From positions 4,604 through 68,603 of the forward strand of contig JAFTTR010000002.1 in assembly GCA_017466695.1 (NCBI GenBank): 64,000 nucleotides of DNA, written 5' to 3'. Shown one piece after another: positions 38,881-48,173 of the stretch. The notes below the pieces were generated by a model. That model did no database searches. It saw nothing but the letters and a program-made list of their open reading frames with translations, and was not told the origin of the DNA. How positions within the stretch are numbered: the stretch's first letter is position 1; each line of letters begins with the position of its first letter. The translations under genes were made by a program, and so were the position numbers. The stretch is from Alphaproteobacteria bacterium (GTDB lineage: Bacteria; Pseudomonadota; Alphaproteobacteria; CAAHEQ01; UBA3637).

Positions 38881-40140
38881 TTATTTCAAAATCACTCGTA
38901 AGAAGTTCTTCTTCCCTTTACGGAGCAAAAGAAAATCCTTATTTTCAGCTTTGATCAGAACTGTGTCTGTTGGTGAAATAACTTTTTCATCATCAATGGT
39001 TAAGCCACCTTGTTGTATCATACGTCTTGCTTCCCCTTTAGATGGGAATAATCCAACTTCAACAGACAAATCAACTGCATTGATACCTTGGTCAAACTTT
39101 TCTTTTGAAAATTCAGCAGTTGGAACATTATCCATGTTCACCCCTGCCCCAAACAAAGATTGAGCTGCTTCAACTGCTTTTTGAGCTTCTTCTTCCCCAT
39201 GGACAAGTTTTGTAACTTCAAAAGCCATACGCTTTTTGGCTGCAATAATGTCAGCTTTGCATAACTCTTCAATCTCAGCTGTTGGAATATCCGTAAACAA
39301 CTTCAACAACATTTCTGTATCAGCATCAGCTGTGTTATAGAAATATTGATAGAATGCATAAGATGTTGTCTTATCCCTTGCCACCCAAAGCGTACCAGAT
39401 TCAGTCTTACCCATCTTTTTACCTTCTTTGGTCATCAAAAGTGGGCATGTTAACCCAAATGTGTCTGGTTTATCAGAAGTTGCATTCCCTTCATCATGGA
39501 AATTCATTTTACGGCTTAATTCCGTCCCTGCTACAATGTTACCCCATTGATCAGAACCACCAATTTCAAGCACACAATCATATGTTCTATTCAAATGAAC
39601 AAAATCGTAGGCTTGCATGAGCATATATCCCATTTCAAGGAAAGTTAAGCCCCCATTTTCCAAACGTTTTGAGTATGCATCTGAAGCTAGCATTTTATTT
39701 ACATTAAAGTGTGTTCCAACAATGCGCATAAAATCAACATAATTAAATGAATTAATCCATTCAGAGTTATCCAAAATCAAAGCTGCATTTTCACCCTCCG
39801 TTTTGATAAATCTAGCTGCTAAGCGTTTCACTTCAGCCACATTGTGAGCAACATCCTCTTTTGTAAGCATTTTACGCATATCAGATTTACCTGTTGGATC
39901 ACCAACAAGCGCTGTTGCACCCCCTACAACCAAAATTCCTCTATGGCCTTTACGTTGCAAATGACGGAACATCATTAAAGCAAAGAAATGTCCGACATGA
40001 AGACTATCAGCTGTTGGATCAATCCCTAAATAAAAAGTGATTTTTTTATCCGAATTTAAAATAGCTTTAATCTCTTCTTCATGGGTTGATTGATAGACAT
40101 AACCACGTTCTTTTAAGTATTCAAAAAAATTATCAGACAT
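38881..40140 (-). CDS. tyrS: Tyrosine--tRNA ligase
   Basis: GIDPTADSLHVGH, GGSDQWGNI, KMGKT, S4 domain. Confidence 0.98.
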   Translation of the reverse strand: MSDNFFEYLKERGYVYQSTHEEEIKAILNSDKKITFYLGIDPTADSLHVGHFFALMMFRHLQRKGHRGILVVGGATALVGDPTGKSDMRKMLTKEDVAHNVAEVKRLAARFIKTEGENAALILDNSEWINSFNYVDFMRIVGTHFNVNKMLASDAYSKRLENGGLTFLEMGYMLMQAYDFVHLNRTYDCVLEIGGSDQWGNIVAGTELSRKMNFHDEGNATSDKPDTFGLTCPLLMTKEGKKMGKTESGTLWVARDKTTSYAFYQYFYNTADADTEMLLKLFTDIPTAEIEELCKADIIAAKKRMAFEVTKLVHGEEEAQKAVEAAQSLFGAGVNMDNVPTAEFSKEKFDQGINAVDLSVEVGLFPSKGEARRMIQQGGLTIDDEKVISPTDTVLIKAENKDFLLLRKGKKNFLRVILK

Positions 40141-40261
40141 TTTTCCATCCTTTTGTTAAATAAATCTTAACAATTTTAAACAATCTTAAAAAAAAATGCA
40201 ACCTCTTTTTAAAAAATACTTGCAAAAGAAATAAAGTTGCGATAAAAAATATAAAAGCTCA

Positions 40262-40338
40262 CGGAGTATAGCGCAGCCTGGTAGCGCACTCGTCTGGGGG
40301 GCGAGTGGTCGTGGGTTCAAATCCCGCTACTCCGACCA
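40262..40338 (+). tRNA. tRNA-Pro(GGG)
   Basis: CGGAGTA...TACTCCG-ACCA; anticodon loop CTGGGGG. Confidence 0.97.
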
Positions 40339-40698
40339 ATAGAAAAATCGCCTTTTTAGGCGGTTTTTTCTATTGGTGGAATAGCGAGATTGATCCCGTG
40401 ACCACGAGCAAGAGTGGGCGTTGGGTTCAGCCGAAGTGAAACGAAGGTAATGTCGAGCCTTTGGCGAGACAGCCCTTTAGGGTGAGGCTGAAAGCCGAAT
40501 AAATCCCGCTACTCCGAAATATAAAAAAAGCCACCTTTGGGGTGGTTTTTTTATATTTATAAGTAAGTGGGTTTGAAGCCACGAAGAAAGTGGGTTCAAC
40601 CGCCGAAAAAAGGCAGACGCAAGTATGCCGATTTTGTGCAACAAAATTTTTCAAGGACAGCGAAGGCTAAAAGCCATAGCAAAATCCCCCTACTCCGA
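40339..40698 (+). repeat. Two tandem ~181-nt tRNA-linked structured units
   Basis: AAATCCCGCTACTCCGA at 40319 and 40501 and (1 mismatch) 40682; each unit starts with a terminator. Confidence 0.88.
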
Positions 40699-40703
40699 AA
40701 CTC

Positions 40704-41297
40704 TTATTTTTGAACTTTTATATTTTCTAAATGCTTAACAAGTCCCTGTATATATTCTGGACGAAAAGAGAAATTTTTTTCTCCATACTTTCCGTATAAT
40801 CGTATTGTAAGTCCTTTATTCTCATATTTTTTCAAGTACTTTTTATCAACATTAATGGCAAATTCTTCTTTACAATTACAACTTATACCACCACAACTGC
40901 CAACTTGCCGATCAATTTCAACAAAATCAAGCTTATTTCCCGCCATATCGTAAGCAGAATTATAAAACACCCAACAAGCACCATTCATTTCAAAATATAA
41001 CTGAATTATATCATATTTCTTCACAGAATCTTTTTGTGCAGTTCTAAAAACAACAATATCATCCATATATCGCCAACCATTTATATCAAACACATTCTGC
41101 CCATTTATATTTTTTATAAGCTGCGAATCAGCAACAGGTGCAGAATAGCACCAAGTTGTTTTTTTGAAACTATCATGTGTACAAGTTATACTATTATAAC
41201 TTGCCTCTTTATCAGTATAACGCAATGGAACTGGAGTATCAGGGAATTTACATCCACAAACAACACTACATAAAATCAATAAGATAAATTTCTTCAT
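40704..41297 (-). CDS. Putative lipoprotein
   Basis: Signal peptide with VCGC lipobox; AAGGAG RBS. Confidence 0.7.
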   Translation of the reverse strand: MKKFILLILCSVVCGCKFPDTPVPLRYTDKEASYNSITCTHDSFKKTTWCYSAPVADSQLIKNINGQNVFDINGWRYMDDIVVFRTAQKDSVKKYDIIQLYFEMNGACWVFYNSAYDMAGNKLDFVEIDRQVGSCGGISCNCKEEFAINVDKKYLKKYENKGLTIRLYGKYGEKNFSFRPEYIQGLVKHLENIKVQK

Positions 41298-41298
41298 A

Positions 41299-41535
41299 TC
41301 AGCTCCTTATATTTACAATCAAAATAGGAAATGAAAGGTCCTTTACATTCTCATTTTTCAAAGCCAATGTAATAAATTCTTTTTTTGCAAGATTATAAAC
41401 AATATTATTAGCCTCAACAGATTTAAAGCTTTTAAGAGAATTTAAAGAACTGCTCGTAATGCCTGCTACATTTATTTCGGCTTTCCTTTCTGTTAATTCC
41501 TGCAATACATTTTTTTCAATATCACTCAAAATCAT
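41299..41535 (-). CDS. Small hypothetical protein (possible winged HTH)
   Basis: AAGGA RBS before MILSDIEK; LSDIEKNVLQEL...IVYNLAKKEFI. Confidence 0.55.
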   Translation of the reverse strand: MILSDIEKNVLQELTERKAEINVAGITSSSLNSLKSFKSVEANNIVYNLAKKEFITLALKNENVKDLSFPILIVNIRS

Positions 41536-41564
41536 TTTTAGTATCCTTTTTATCAAAATTCATA

Positions 41565-41775
41565 AACAAAACCCACCAATCAAAAGATAGGCGGGCGGAT
41601 GTTAGAAAACCGTGTATCATCAAACGGCTCGGCTTATTTGGCAGAACCTTATTCACCGACATCCGTCCATCAGACGAAAGTCGGCATATTTATTTTGGTC
41701 GCTATGCAAACGACCGATGATACATAGGGTTTCTACGCCCTAGATTTGATACATTTTGCAAATCAAATCTAGATT
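41565..41775 (-). ncRNA. Structured leader RNA, copy B (tentatively C4/CI-like)
   Basis: Homologous to 32360-32560; promoter TTGAAA-17-TAGTCT on the minus strand. Confidence 0.7.
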
Positions 41776-41915
41776 CAGACTAACATAAAACTTTAAATAT
41801 TTCAATAAAAAATTTAAATAAAATAAACTCAAGATATAAAACAAAAAACGAAGACCTATAAAAAAATTCTCCTTTTAATCCCTATTCAAAGAAGAAATAG
41901 CCGTATTATTTTACT

Positions 41916-42794
41916 TCACACTTCAACCCATTCTTCAAGATATTTTTTTGAGATATTCAAATCCCCTCTTCCAACACCTAATTGAACACCTTGTTTTTTT
42001 GAGCCGTGATAATCACTTCCCCCACTGATATAGAACGTATGAGCACGAGCATATTCTTCCAAAACAGCTCGTTGTTCTTCATCAGCCGAGGGATGGAAAC
42101 ATTCAATACCATCCAACTTATTTTCAGCCATAAGCGCATCCATAAATCCAAGTGTATTGTCAAAGCGATATTCAAACGGATGAGCTAAAAAGGCCAGTCC
42201 CCCTGCTTTATGAATAATATCAACAACCTCTTTATAAGAGGGTTTTGGAGTCTTACTTGCGCATAAATAATATTCACTTGAAGGATCCATTATCCCTTTT
42301 CTGATAAAATAACTTGCAGACTGTGTAAATTCGCCCAAAATAGCGTGATTTTTTTCATGTCGCATTAATTCATTATAAATATAGGTTGAAACAAAATCCT
42401 TAGGCGATGCTAATTTTTTGATTTTATCTTCTTCATACACTAAACCTTTTTTATCACAAATTGCAAATAATCTTTTTTTAGCTTCTTCCTGTTCTTGTTG
42501 GTGAATTTCTATCGAAAAATATTGTTCTGCCCAAGTATCAATTATTTCTGTCTTTTTAATATTATATCCAAGAACTTCGATTTTTTTTGTCTTAAAATCA
42601 GCACTCAACTCAACACCTTTAATAATTTTACCCGAAAAAAGGCCCTCATTTATGGCCTTATCTGAATACTGTTTCATTGTATTGTGATCTGTTAACGAAA
42701 TATATTCTAAGCTTTTTTCTTCACAAAGTGTAAGCAACTTAGTAACAGACTTATCCCCATCAGAATAAGTTGAATGCATATGCAAATCTATCAT
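41916..42794 (-). CDS. PHP-domain phosphoesterase
   Basis: IDLHMHSTYSDG, LTDHN, AHP, GGSDYHG. Confidence 0.92.
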   Translation of the reverse strand: MIDLHMHSTYSDGDKSVTKLLTLCEEKSLEYISLTDHNTMKQYSDKAINEGLFSGKIIKGVELSADFKTKKIEVLGYNIKKTEIIDTWAEQYFSIEIHQQEQEEAKKRLFAICDKKGLVYEEDKIKKLASPKDFVSTYIYNELMRHEKNHAILGEFTQSASYFIRKGIMDPSSEYYLCASKTPKPSYKEVVDIIHKAGGLAFLAHPFEYRFDNTLGFMDALMAENKLDGIECFHPSADEEQRAVLEEYARAHTFYISGGSDYHGSKKQGVQLGVGRGDLNISKKYLEEWVEV

Positions 42795-42945
42795 TAAATT
42801 CTCCTAAAAAAATGTATGTTCGCATTTTACTAAACTTCTTAAAAAAAAGCAAGAGCTCCCTTTTATTCGTTATCAAATGAATTGACTTTAATTAAAAAAA
42901 ATGATACTTTCAAATGTAATTTGTTTTTTAAAAAAAGGATTTCAT

Positions 42946-43404
42946 ATGATTAGACCAGCTACAATGTCTGACGCCCCTGCTATTTTAGAACTTGTGAATT
43001 TTCATGCCCAAAAAGGCCTTATGCTCAGAAAATGTCCTTACGACATTTATCGCTCTATTCAGGCATTTTTTGTTTATGAAACTGATGGTAAAATTGTGGG
43101 TTGCGCAAGAGTAGCTGTTGCGTGGAAAGATTTAGTTGAAATTGCTTCGTTGGCTGTTCATCAAGATTATAAAAAAAGAGGAATTGGACGTTTGTTGGTT
43201 GAAAAATGCCTTGAACGGGCTAAAGCATTGCACGTTCCAAAGGCTTTTTCTTTAACCTATCAATGTGAATTCTTTTCAAAATGTGGCTTTTATGAAGTGG
43301 AAAGAGATTCCCTTCCTCATAAAGTGTTTGGCGACTGCCTTAATTGTGCCAAGGTTGAATGCTGTGATGAACATGCATTTATTAAAGAAATCAATTTAGA
43401 TTAA
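42946..43404 (+). CDS. GNAT N-acetyltransferase (short ArgA-like)
   Basis: EIASLAV, RGIGRLLV, LPHKVFGDCLNC..CDE. Confidence 0.85.
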   Translation: MIRPATMSDAPAILELVNFHAQKGLMLRKCPYDIYRSIQAFFVYETDGKIVGCARVAVAWKDLVEIASLAVHQDYKKRGIGRLLVEKCLERAKALHVPKAFSLTYQCEFFSKCGFYEVERDSLPHKVFGDCLNCAKVECCDEHAFIKEINLD

Positions 43405-43432
43405 GCGTCTTTTAACAAAAGGTAAAAATACC

Positions 43433-44215
43433 TTACATAAAACCATGCGCTTTACATTGACGCATAACAATTTCATTCTTACTTTTTTGAATTTTTGCAA
43501 TTTTTTGAGCTCGCTCGCATTCCCACTGATCAACTGGATAGATATTATTCCAAATCGTGAAAATTCGGCGCATCTGATCACTGATTTTAAACCAAGAATA
43601 AGCTGATTCAAAATAAAAATATGTTCTTGCAATCATGCCTTTTGAATATTTAGGTGGTTCAACTTTCCTACCAACAATTTTCATTGAACACGAACCAAAT
43701 GTGTTTGGCGTTCCCCCATAAAATTCCGTAAATCCATAATTCGAACGTAAGGCATTCACAGCCCCAACAGATGGAACAAGATTGAACAAATCAGCCTGCG
43801 CTAAACGAAAATCCTTACTCACAAGCTCAGCGCACTTACGCCCTTTAAAAGGTTTCCCCTTCTTATCAACACAAGAGGGATGTCCTTCTCGCCAAGCGAT
43901 CTCATGTCGGCCAAAGTTTTCAGCAGGCACAACATGTTCCCATTCAATTCTAGCAGCTCTTTTTTCATATTTAGGGGTTTCAAACCCTTCAGGCAATTCA
44001 ACACGCCCTTTTGCATCAAACTTCGCTTTGCAATAAAATGTTTCAGGATGTGAAGCGTAAATCTTTTTCATGTGTTTTTTTGCCACTGAAAAGGACTCTA
44101 TCCTTGTATTCCCCTCTGGTAAATTTGAAAATGGGTGCATTTCCACATTCGCCAAAACAGGCTTTGTTATCCCCAATACCAAAAACAAAAATATGATTAA
44201 ACTTTTAATATGCAT
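43433..44215 (-). CDS. endA: Endonuclease I
   Basis: IEWEHVVPAENFG, DLFNLVPSVGAVNALRSNY. Confidence 0.93.
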   Translation of the reverse strand: MHIKSLIIFLFLVLGITKPVLANVEMHPFSNLPEGNTRIESFSVAKKHMKKIYASHPETFYCKAKFDAKGRVELPEGFETPKYEKRAARIEWEHVVPAENFGRHEIAWREGHPSCVDKKGKPFKGRKCAELVSKDFRLAQADLFNLVPSVGAVNALRSNYGFTEFYGGTPNTFGSCSMKIVGRKVEPPKYSKGMIARTYFYFESAYSWFKISDQMRRIFTIWNNIYPVDQWECERAQKIAKIQKSKNEIVMRQCKAHGFM

Positions 44216-44228
44216 CAAATCTCCCATT

Positions 44229-45518
44229 CTATTTATTTTCAAATAAATGGATATCTTTATCATCAACATCAACCCAAGGGATTTTAAATTGAGAGGAGTA
44301 TCCTTTTAATACTTCTAGAATATCTTCTTTCCCCACTGCGCCACAAAGCATTGGTTCCTTATCATAAATAAACTCTTCTAATGTAATGCCATAATTGTAT
44401 CGCATCAAATTATTAAAAAACTTGTTATGAACCAAATCATTATCCTCTAATTTGTACACTTTCTCCTTATAATAAGGCATGTACTCACATATTTTTTTAA
44501 TAAAATTAATTCGACCATTTTTTTCTAAATAACTTTTGCGAGGCGTATATTTATTTTGATTTTGAATAACTTTGTGGACTGTATCAGCCAAAGATTCCGG
44601 TGTAAATTTAGGCGCATATTCTCCAGACTTTGAATAAATTGCAGGCGTTTTCCCCCGAATAAACTTATCGTAATCTTTAAAAACAACAACAGGCGTATTT
44701 CCAGCCATAGCTTCGTGAATAAAACGATTTTTCCCCTCACAAATAGAAGCTAATACAGCACACTTTGACATACCAAAATAAGTTTTTAAATCCTTATATT
44801 CCACCACTGGAACAAACTCAATATAAGCTGCTGTATTGTTGTTAAAAATTTCATCCACTTTTTTTAGTTCTGAAACACCATTTTGTTCAACCGTTTTATA
44901 ATTAATTGACCCATCTTTATTAATCTTCATACCAGGCATCCCAAGTCCAATGACAATTTTTAACCTGCGATTATATTTTTTTTCATATACCAATGCCATC
45001 TCAGCAATCATGGGTAAATTTTTAACAGGAAATGGAGAGGAAAGACAAAACACATCTATTGTTTTTGGAATAAATATATTCCAAGGTGCTAACACCCTAT
45101 CATTGGTCCAATCAGCATCTTGTATTGGCAAAAAAAGTCTATCTTTTTTTTCTGGATACTTCTTTTTATAATGCTTTTCACGCGCCTTATTTTCAAACAA
45201 TGAAAAATAACAGTCGGCTCCTTCGCTCCATGGATAAGAAAAAGTCATAGAATTGGCGCAAATATGGAACAATTTTCTTAAATGAGGGACTTTTTTAAGA
45301 AAATATTCACTTGCTTGAGAAAAACAAAATCCTTTTATAAAATAAGGGCCGAATTTAACCGGAGGGATACACACTGCTAATCTAGATTTTTTTTCAAGTA
45401 ATTTCCCATAAGAGTAAACCTCTTCAAAACTAAAAGCATCCAAATCATCCCAAATCTCTTCAATTTTTTTATTTGGATTTGGTGTGTTTAAATATTCGTT
45501 TGGCCATTTCCCCTTCAT
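44229..45518 (-). CDS. GT-B (family 4-like) glycosyltransferase
   Basis: VKNLP; SICEGKNRFIHEAMAGNTPVV (Ex7E). Confidence 0.7.
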   Translation of the reverse strand: MKGKWPNEYLNTPNPNKKIEEIWDDLDAFSFEEVYSYGKLLEKKSRLAVCIPPVKFGPYFIKGFCFSQASEYFLKKVPHLRKLFHICANSMTFSYPWSEGADCYFSLFENKAREKHYKKKYPEKKDRLFLPIQDADWTNDRVLAPWNIFIPKTIDVFCLSSPFPVKNLPMIAEMALVYEKKYNRRLKIVIGLGMPGMKINKDGSINYKTVEQNGVSELKKVDEIFNNNTAAYIEFVPVVEYKDLKTYFGMSKCAVLASICEGKNRFIHEAMAGNTPVVVFKDYDKFIRGKTPAIYSKSGEYAPKFTPESLADTVHKVIQNQNKYTPRKSYLEKNGRINFIKKICEYMPYYKEKVYKLEDNDLVHNKFFNNLMRYNYGITLEEFIYDKEPMLCGAVGKEDILEVLKGYSSQFKIPWVDVDDKDIHLFENK

Positions 45519-45660
45519 TTTTTGCTCCTTATTTTTGTCCCATGAAAGGTAATATCACGCTCAAAACTATTTGTCAATAATATCTTCTTTTATTATTGAC
45601 ATAACCTTTTTATTATGATACTTTAAGATAAGTTATTTTCTTTTAATTTCAAGGTGTTTT

Positions 45661-46788
45661 ATGAAGCGATCAATATTCTTTCCTAATTATAAAAAGAGTA
45701 TCTTGGCTCTTTCAAATTCCTTACTTAAAAAATACAATGTGAAAACGTTTCATCCTACTTTAAAATCAATAGATAAAAAAATAAAACCCTACAAAAATAT
45801 TATATTAATGATTTTTGATGGGATGGGGATAAATATTTTAAATCAACATCTAAAAAAAGAGGATTTTTTAAGACAACATCTTTTTCAAGAGATTTCATCT
45901 GTCTTCCCTCCAACAACAGCGGCAGCAACAACCTCTATTCATTCAGGACTTTCCCCTCTTGAACATGGGTGGATTGGTTGGATGCAGTATTTTAAAGAAT
46001 ATGACAAAGTTATTGAACTTTTTCGAAATACTGATTTTTATACGCGTGAAAAAGTTGTTGATACCTCTGCAATTGGCTTTGATGTTTTAGGTTATGAAGA
46101 AATTTACACAAAAATCACTCATCAAAATCCAGATGTTCATTTTACAAAAATATTTCCTGCTTGGGCACCAAATGGCGTCTCTTCCCTGTCTCAGATAAAT
46201 GAACGCATCATTAACACATTGAATCAATATGAAAAAAATATTATTCTTGCTTATTGGACTGAACCAGATCACAGCATTCATCATCATGGGGAAAAAAGTC
46301 CTCTTGCTAACCAGCTCGTGCAAGAAATCAATCAAAGCGTTGAAAGTCTTTTTAATCAACTCCCCCCAAATACCGTTGTTCTTGTGACAGCAGATCATGG
46401 CATTGTTGATACAGAAGAAATTTTTCTTAATGATATCGAAGGATTTGATGAATGTTTTAAAAACCCTCCTTCAATGGAAGTTAGAACGTCCTCTTTCTTT
46501 ATTAAAGAAGATAAAAAAGAGCAGTTTTTATCCCTTTTTAACAAATATTTTAAAGATGACTTTTTGCTTTACACACATGATGAGTATATTAACTCTTCTC
46601 TTTTAGGAGAAGGAATAGCTCATCAAAAAATTCACGATTTTGTCGGAGATTATGTTGCCGTTTCATGTGGGAAAAGAGCTCTTTGCTATTATACTGAAAA
46701 GGACAAAGCCATTTCCTTAACGGCTGATCACGCGGGTATTACAAAAGAAGAAATGCTTGTTCCACTTATCATTCTAGAAAAGAAATAA
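45661..46788 (+). CDS. Alkaline-phosphatase-superfamily phosphodiesterase
   Basis: FDGMG, VFPPTTAAAT, PDHSIH, TADHG, HAGITKEEM. Confidence 0.88.
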   Translation: MKRSIFFPNYKKSILALSNSLLKKYNVKTFHPTLKSIDKKIKPYKNIILMIFDGMGINILNQHLKKEDFLRQHLFQEISSVFPPTTAAATTSIHSGLSPLEHGWIGWMQYFKEYDKVIELFRNTDFYTREKVVDTSAIGFDVLGYEEIYTKITHQNPDVHFTKIFPAWAPNGVSSLSQINERIINTLNQYEKNIILAYWTEPDHSIHHHGEKSPLANQLVQEINQSVESLFNQLPPNTVVLVTADHGIVDTEEIFLNDIEGFDECFKNPPSMEVRTSSFFIKEDKKEQFLSLFNKYFKDDFLLYTHDEYINSSLLGEGIAHQKIHDFVGDYVAVSCGKRALCYYTEKDKAISLTADHAGITKEEMLVPLIILEKK

Positions 46789-46789
46789 A

Positions 46790-48019
46790 ATGATTATTCC
46801 CTTTAAAATTGCTCCTCGTCTTGTTTATCTGGTTAACATGTTGCAAAACATGTTGTTTTGCATACCAATTTTAATGCTCTATTATCAATCAAAAGGTGTT
46901 TTTGGGGGCGACTTTTTCTTAATTCAAAGTATTTCCTTAGCAGCTGTTTTTTTTCTTGAAATTCCAACTGGCTATATTGCTGATTTATTTTCAAGGAAAA
47001 TAACTTTAATAATAGGTTTACTTGGTTGGATTTGTGGTTATTTTTGCTGGATATTAGGATATGGATTTACCTTTATTTTGTTGGGTGAACTTATTTTTTC
47101 TATTGGGATTAGCTTTATTTCTGGCACATTAGATGCCTATTTATATGATTTGTTAAAACAAAATAAAAAACAACACCTATATCACAAAAAACTCTCAAAA
47201 ATGGTTACTTGTGGTAATATTGGTTTGCTAACTGCAACTTTGAGCGGAGGGTTCTTTTACGAATTTTCGGGAACAAATTCGCCAGCCATCCTTTCTATTA
47301 TTTGCCTCCTTCTTGGCATTCTTATAATGATCTTTCTTCCTGATGTTAAAGAAAATAGACGCAAAGTTCAAAAAGGCAAAAGTAAGTTAAAAGACATTTT
47401 AGACATTTCTAAATCCACAATTAAGAATAAGCAAATCAAATGGTTAATGATTTTTCCAGCTATTTATGGTTCCCTCACCTTAACACTTATGTGGGGGTTA
47501 CAAAGCGTTATGATCGCAACCAAGATACCTGTTTTTATGTTTAGTATTGTTTTAGGCGCTAATGCATTAACAAGAACGATTTGGTCCATGTTTGCAGGTA
47601 TGATTTTAGATAAAGCCGGTTTAAAAAAATCCGTCATCATTCTATGCTTTTTAATTATCATAAGCCTTATCAGTGCCATCCTCGCCACAAATTTGCCAAT
47701 CTTTGCTGTTTATATCTGTTTGCTCCTCATGATTGTTTCATCAGGTTCAAGAAGTTTGATAAGCATTGTTTCAACAACACTTATCAATCACCAAATCCAA
47801 TCGGATGAAAGAGCAACTGTGTTATCTGTTAAAAATATGACAGACAAAATTGCCTCTTGCATTGCCATGCTGTTATTAAAACCATTGTTCGATCATTTTT
47901 CAGTAACCATAACTTTTATGATTATCAGCTTGTTTATCATTCCAGTTATCATGAGTGCCTATCATTTAATAAAACTTCAAATCCCTTCGCAAGAAAAGAA
48001 AGATTGCTCTCTTATTTAA
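46790..48019 (+). CDS. MFS transporter
   Basis: LEIPTGYIADLFSRK; ERATVLS; ~12 TM segments. Confidence 0.9.
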   Translation: MIIPFKIAPRLVYLVNMLQNMLFCIPILMLYYQSKGVFGGDFFLIQSISLAAVFFLEIPTGYIADLFSRKITLIIGLLGWICGYFCWILGYGFTFILLGELIFSIGISFISGTLDAYLYDLLKQNKKQHLYHKKLSKMVTCGNIGLLTATLSGGFFYEFSGTNSPAILSIICLLLGILIMIFLPDVKENRRKVQKGKSKLKDILDISKSTIKNKQIKWLMIFPAIYGSLTLTLMWGLQSVMIATKIPVFMFSIVLGANALTRTIWSMFAGMILDKAGLKKSVIILCFLIIISLISAILATNLPIFAVYICLLLMIVSSGSRSLISIVSTTLINHQIQSDERATVLSVKNMTDKIASCIAMLLLKPLFDHFSVTITFMIISLFIIPVIMSAYHLIKLQIPSQEKKDCSLI

Positions 48020-48173
48020 CACATAATAATAAACCTACAAGCATTAATCCTGCTTCTTAAAATAATGCAAATACAATACAAAAGTTACTTATTAAGAGTT
48101 TTATACAAAAGACTTGACAAGATTTTGTTTTTTTGTTATAATTCTTTCTCATTTTAAACAAGTGGGAATTTAA

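Noticed and set aside
37055-40171. CtrA-like TTAA-N7-TTAAC boxes at 37055 and 40156
   Set aside because: A few such matches are expected by chance in 64 kb this AT-rich; not supportable alone.
40141-40261. T-box or leader upstream of tyrS
   Set aside because: Only ~120 nt, shared with the divergent tRNA-Pro promoter; no T-box motif, uORF or terminator seen.
40427-40654. 75-aa minus-strand ORF
   Set aside because: It lies wholly in the tRNA-linked repeat units; likely a chance frame.
31903-41810. Prophage suggested by the C4-like RNAs
   Set aside because: No integrase, antirepressor, replication or virion genes; the interval is mostly housekeeping.
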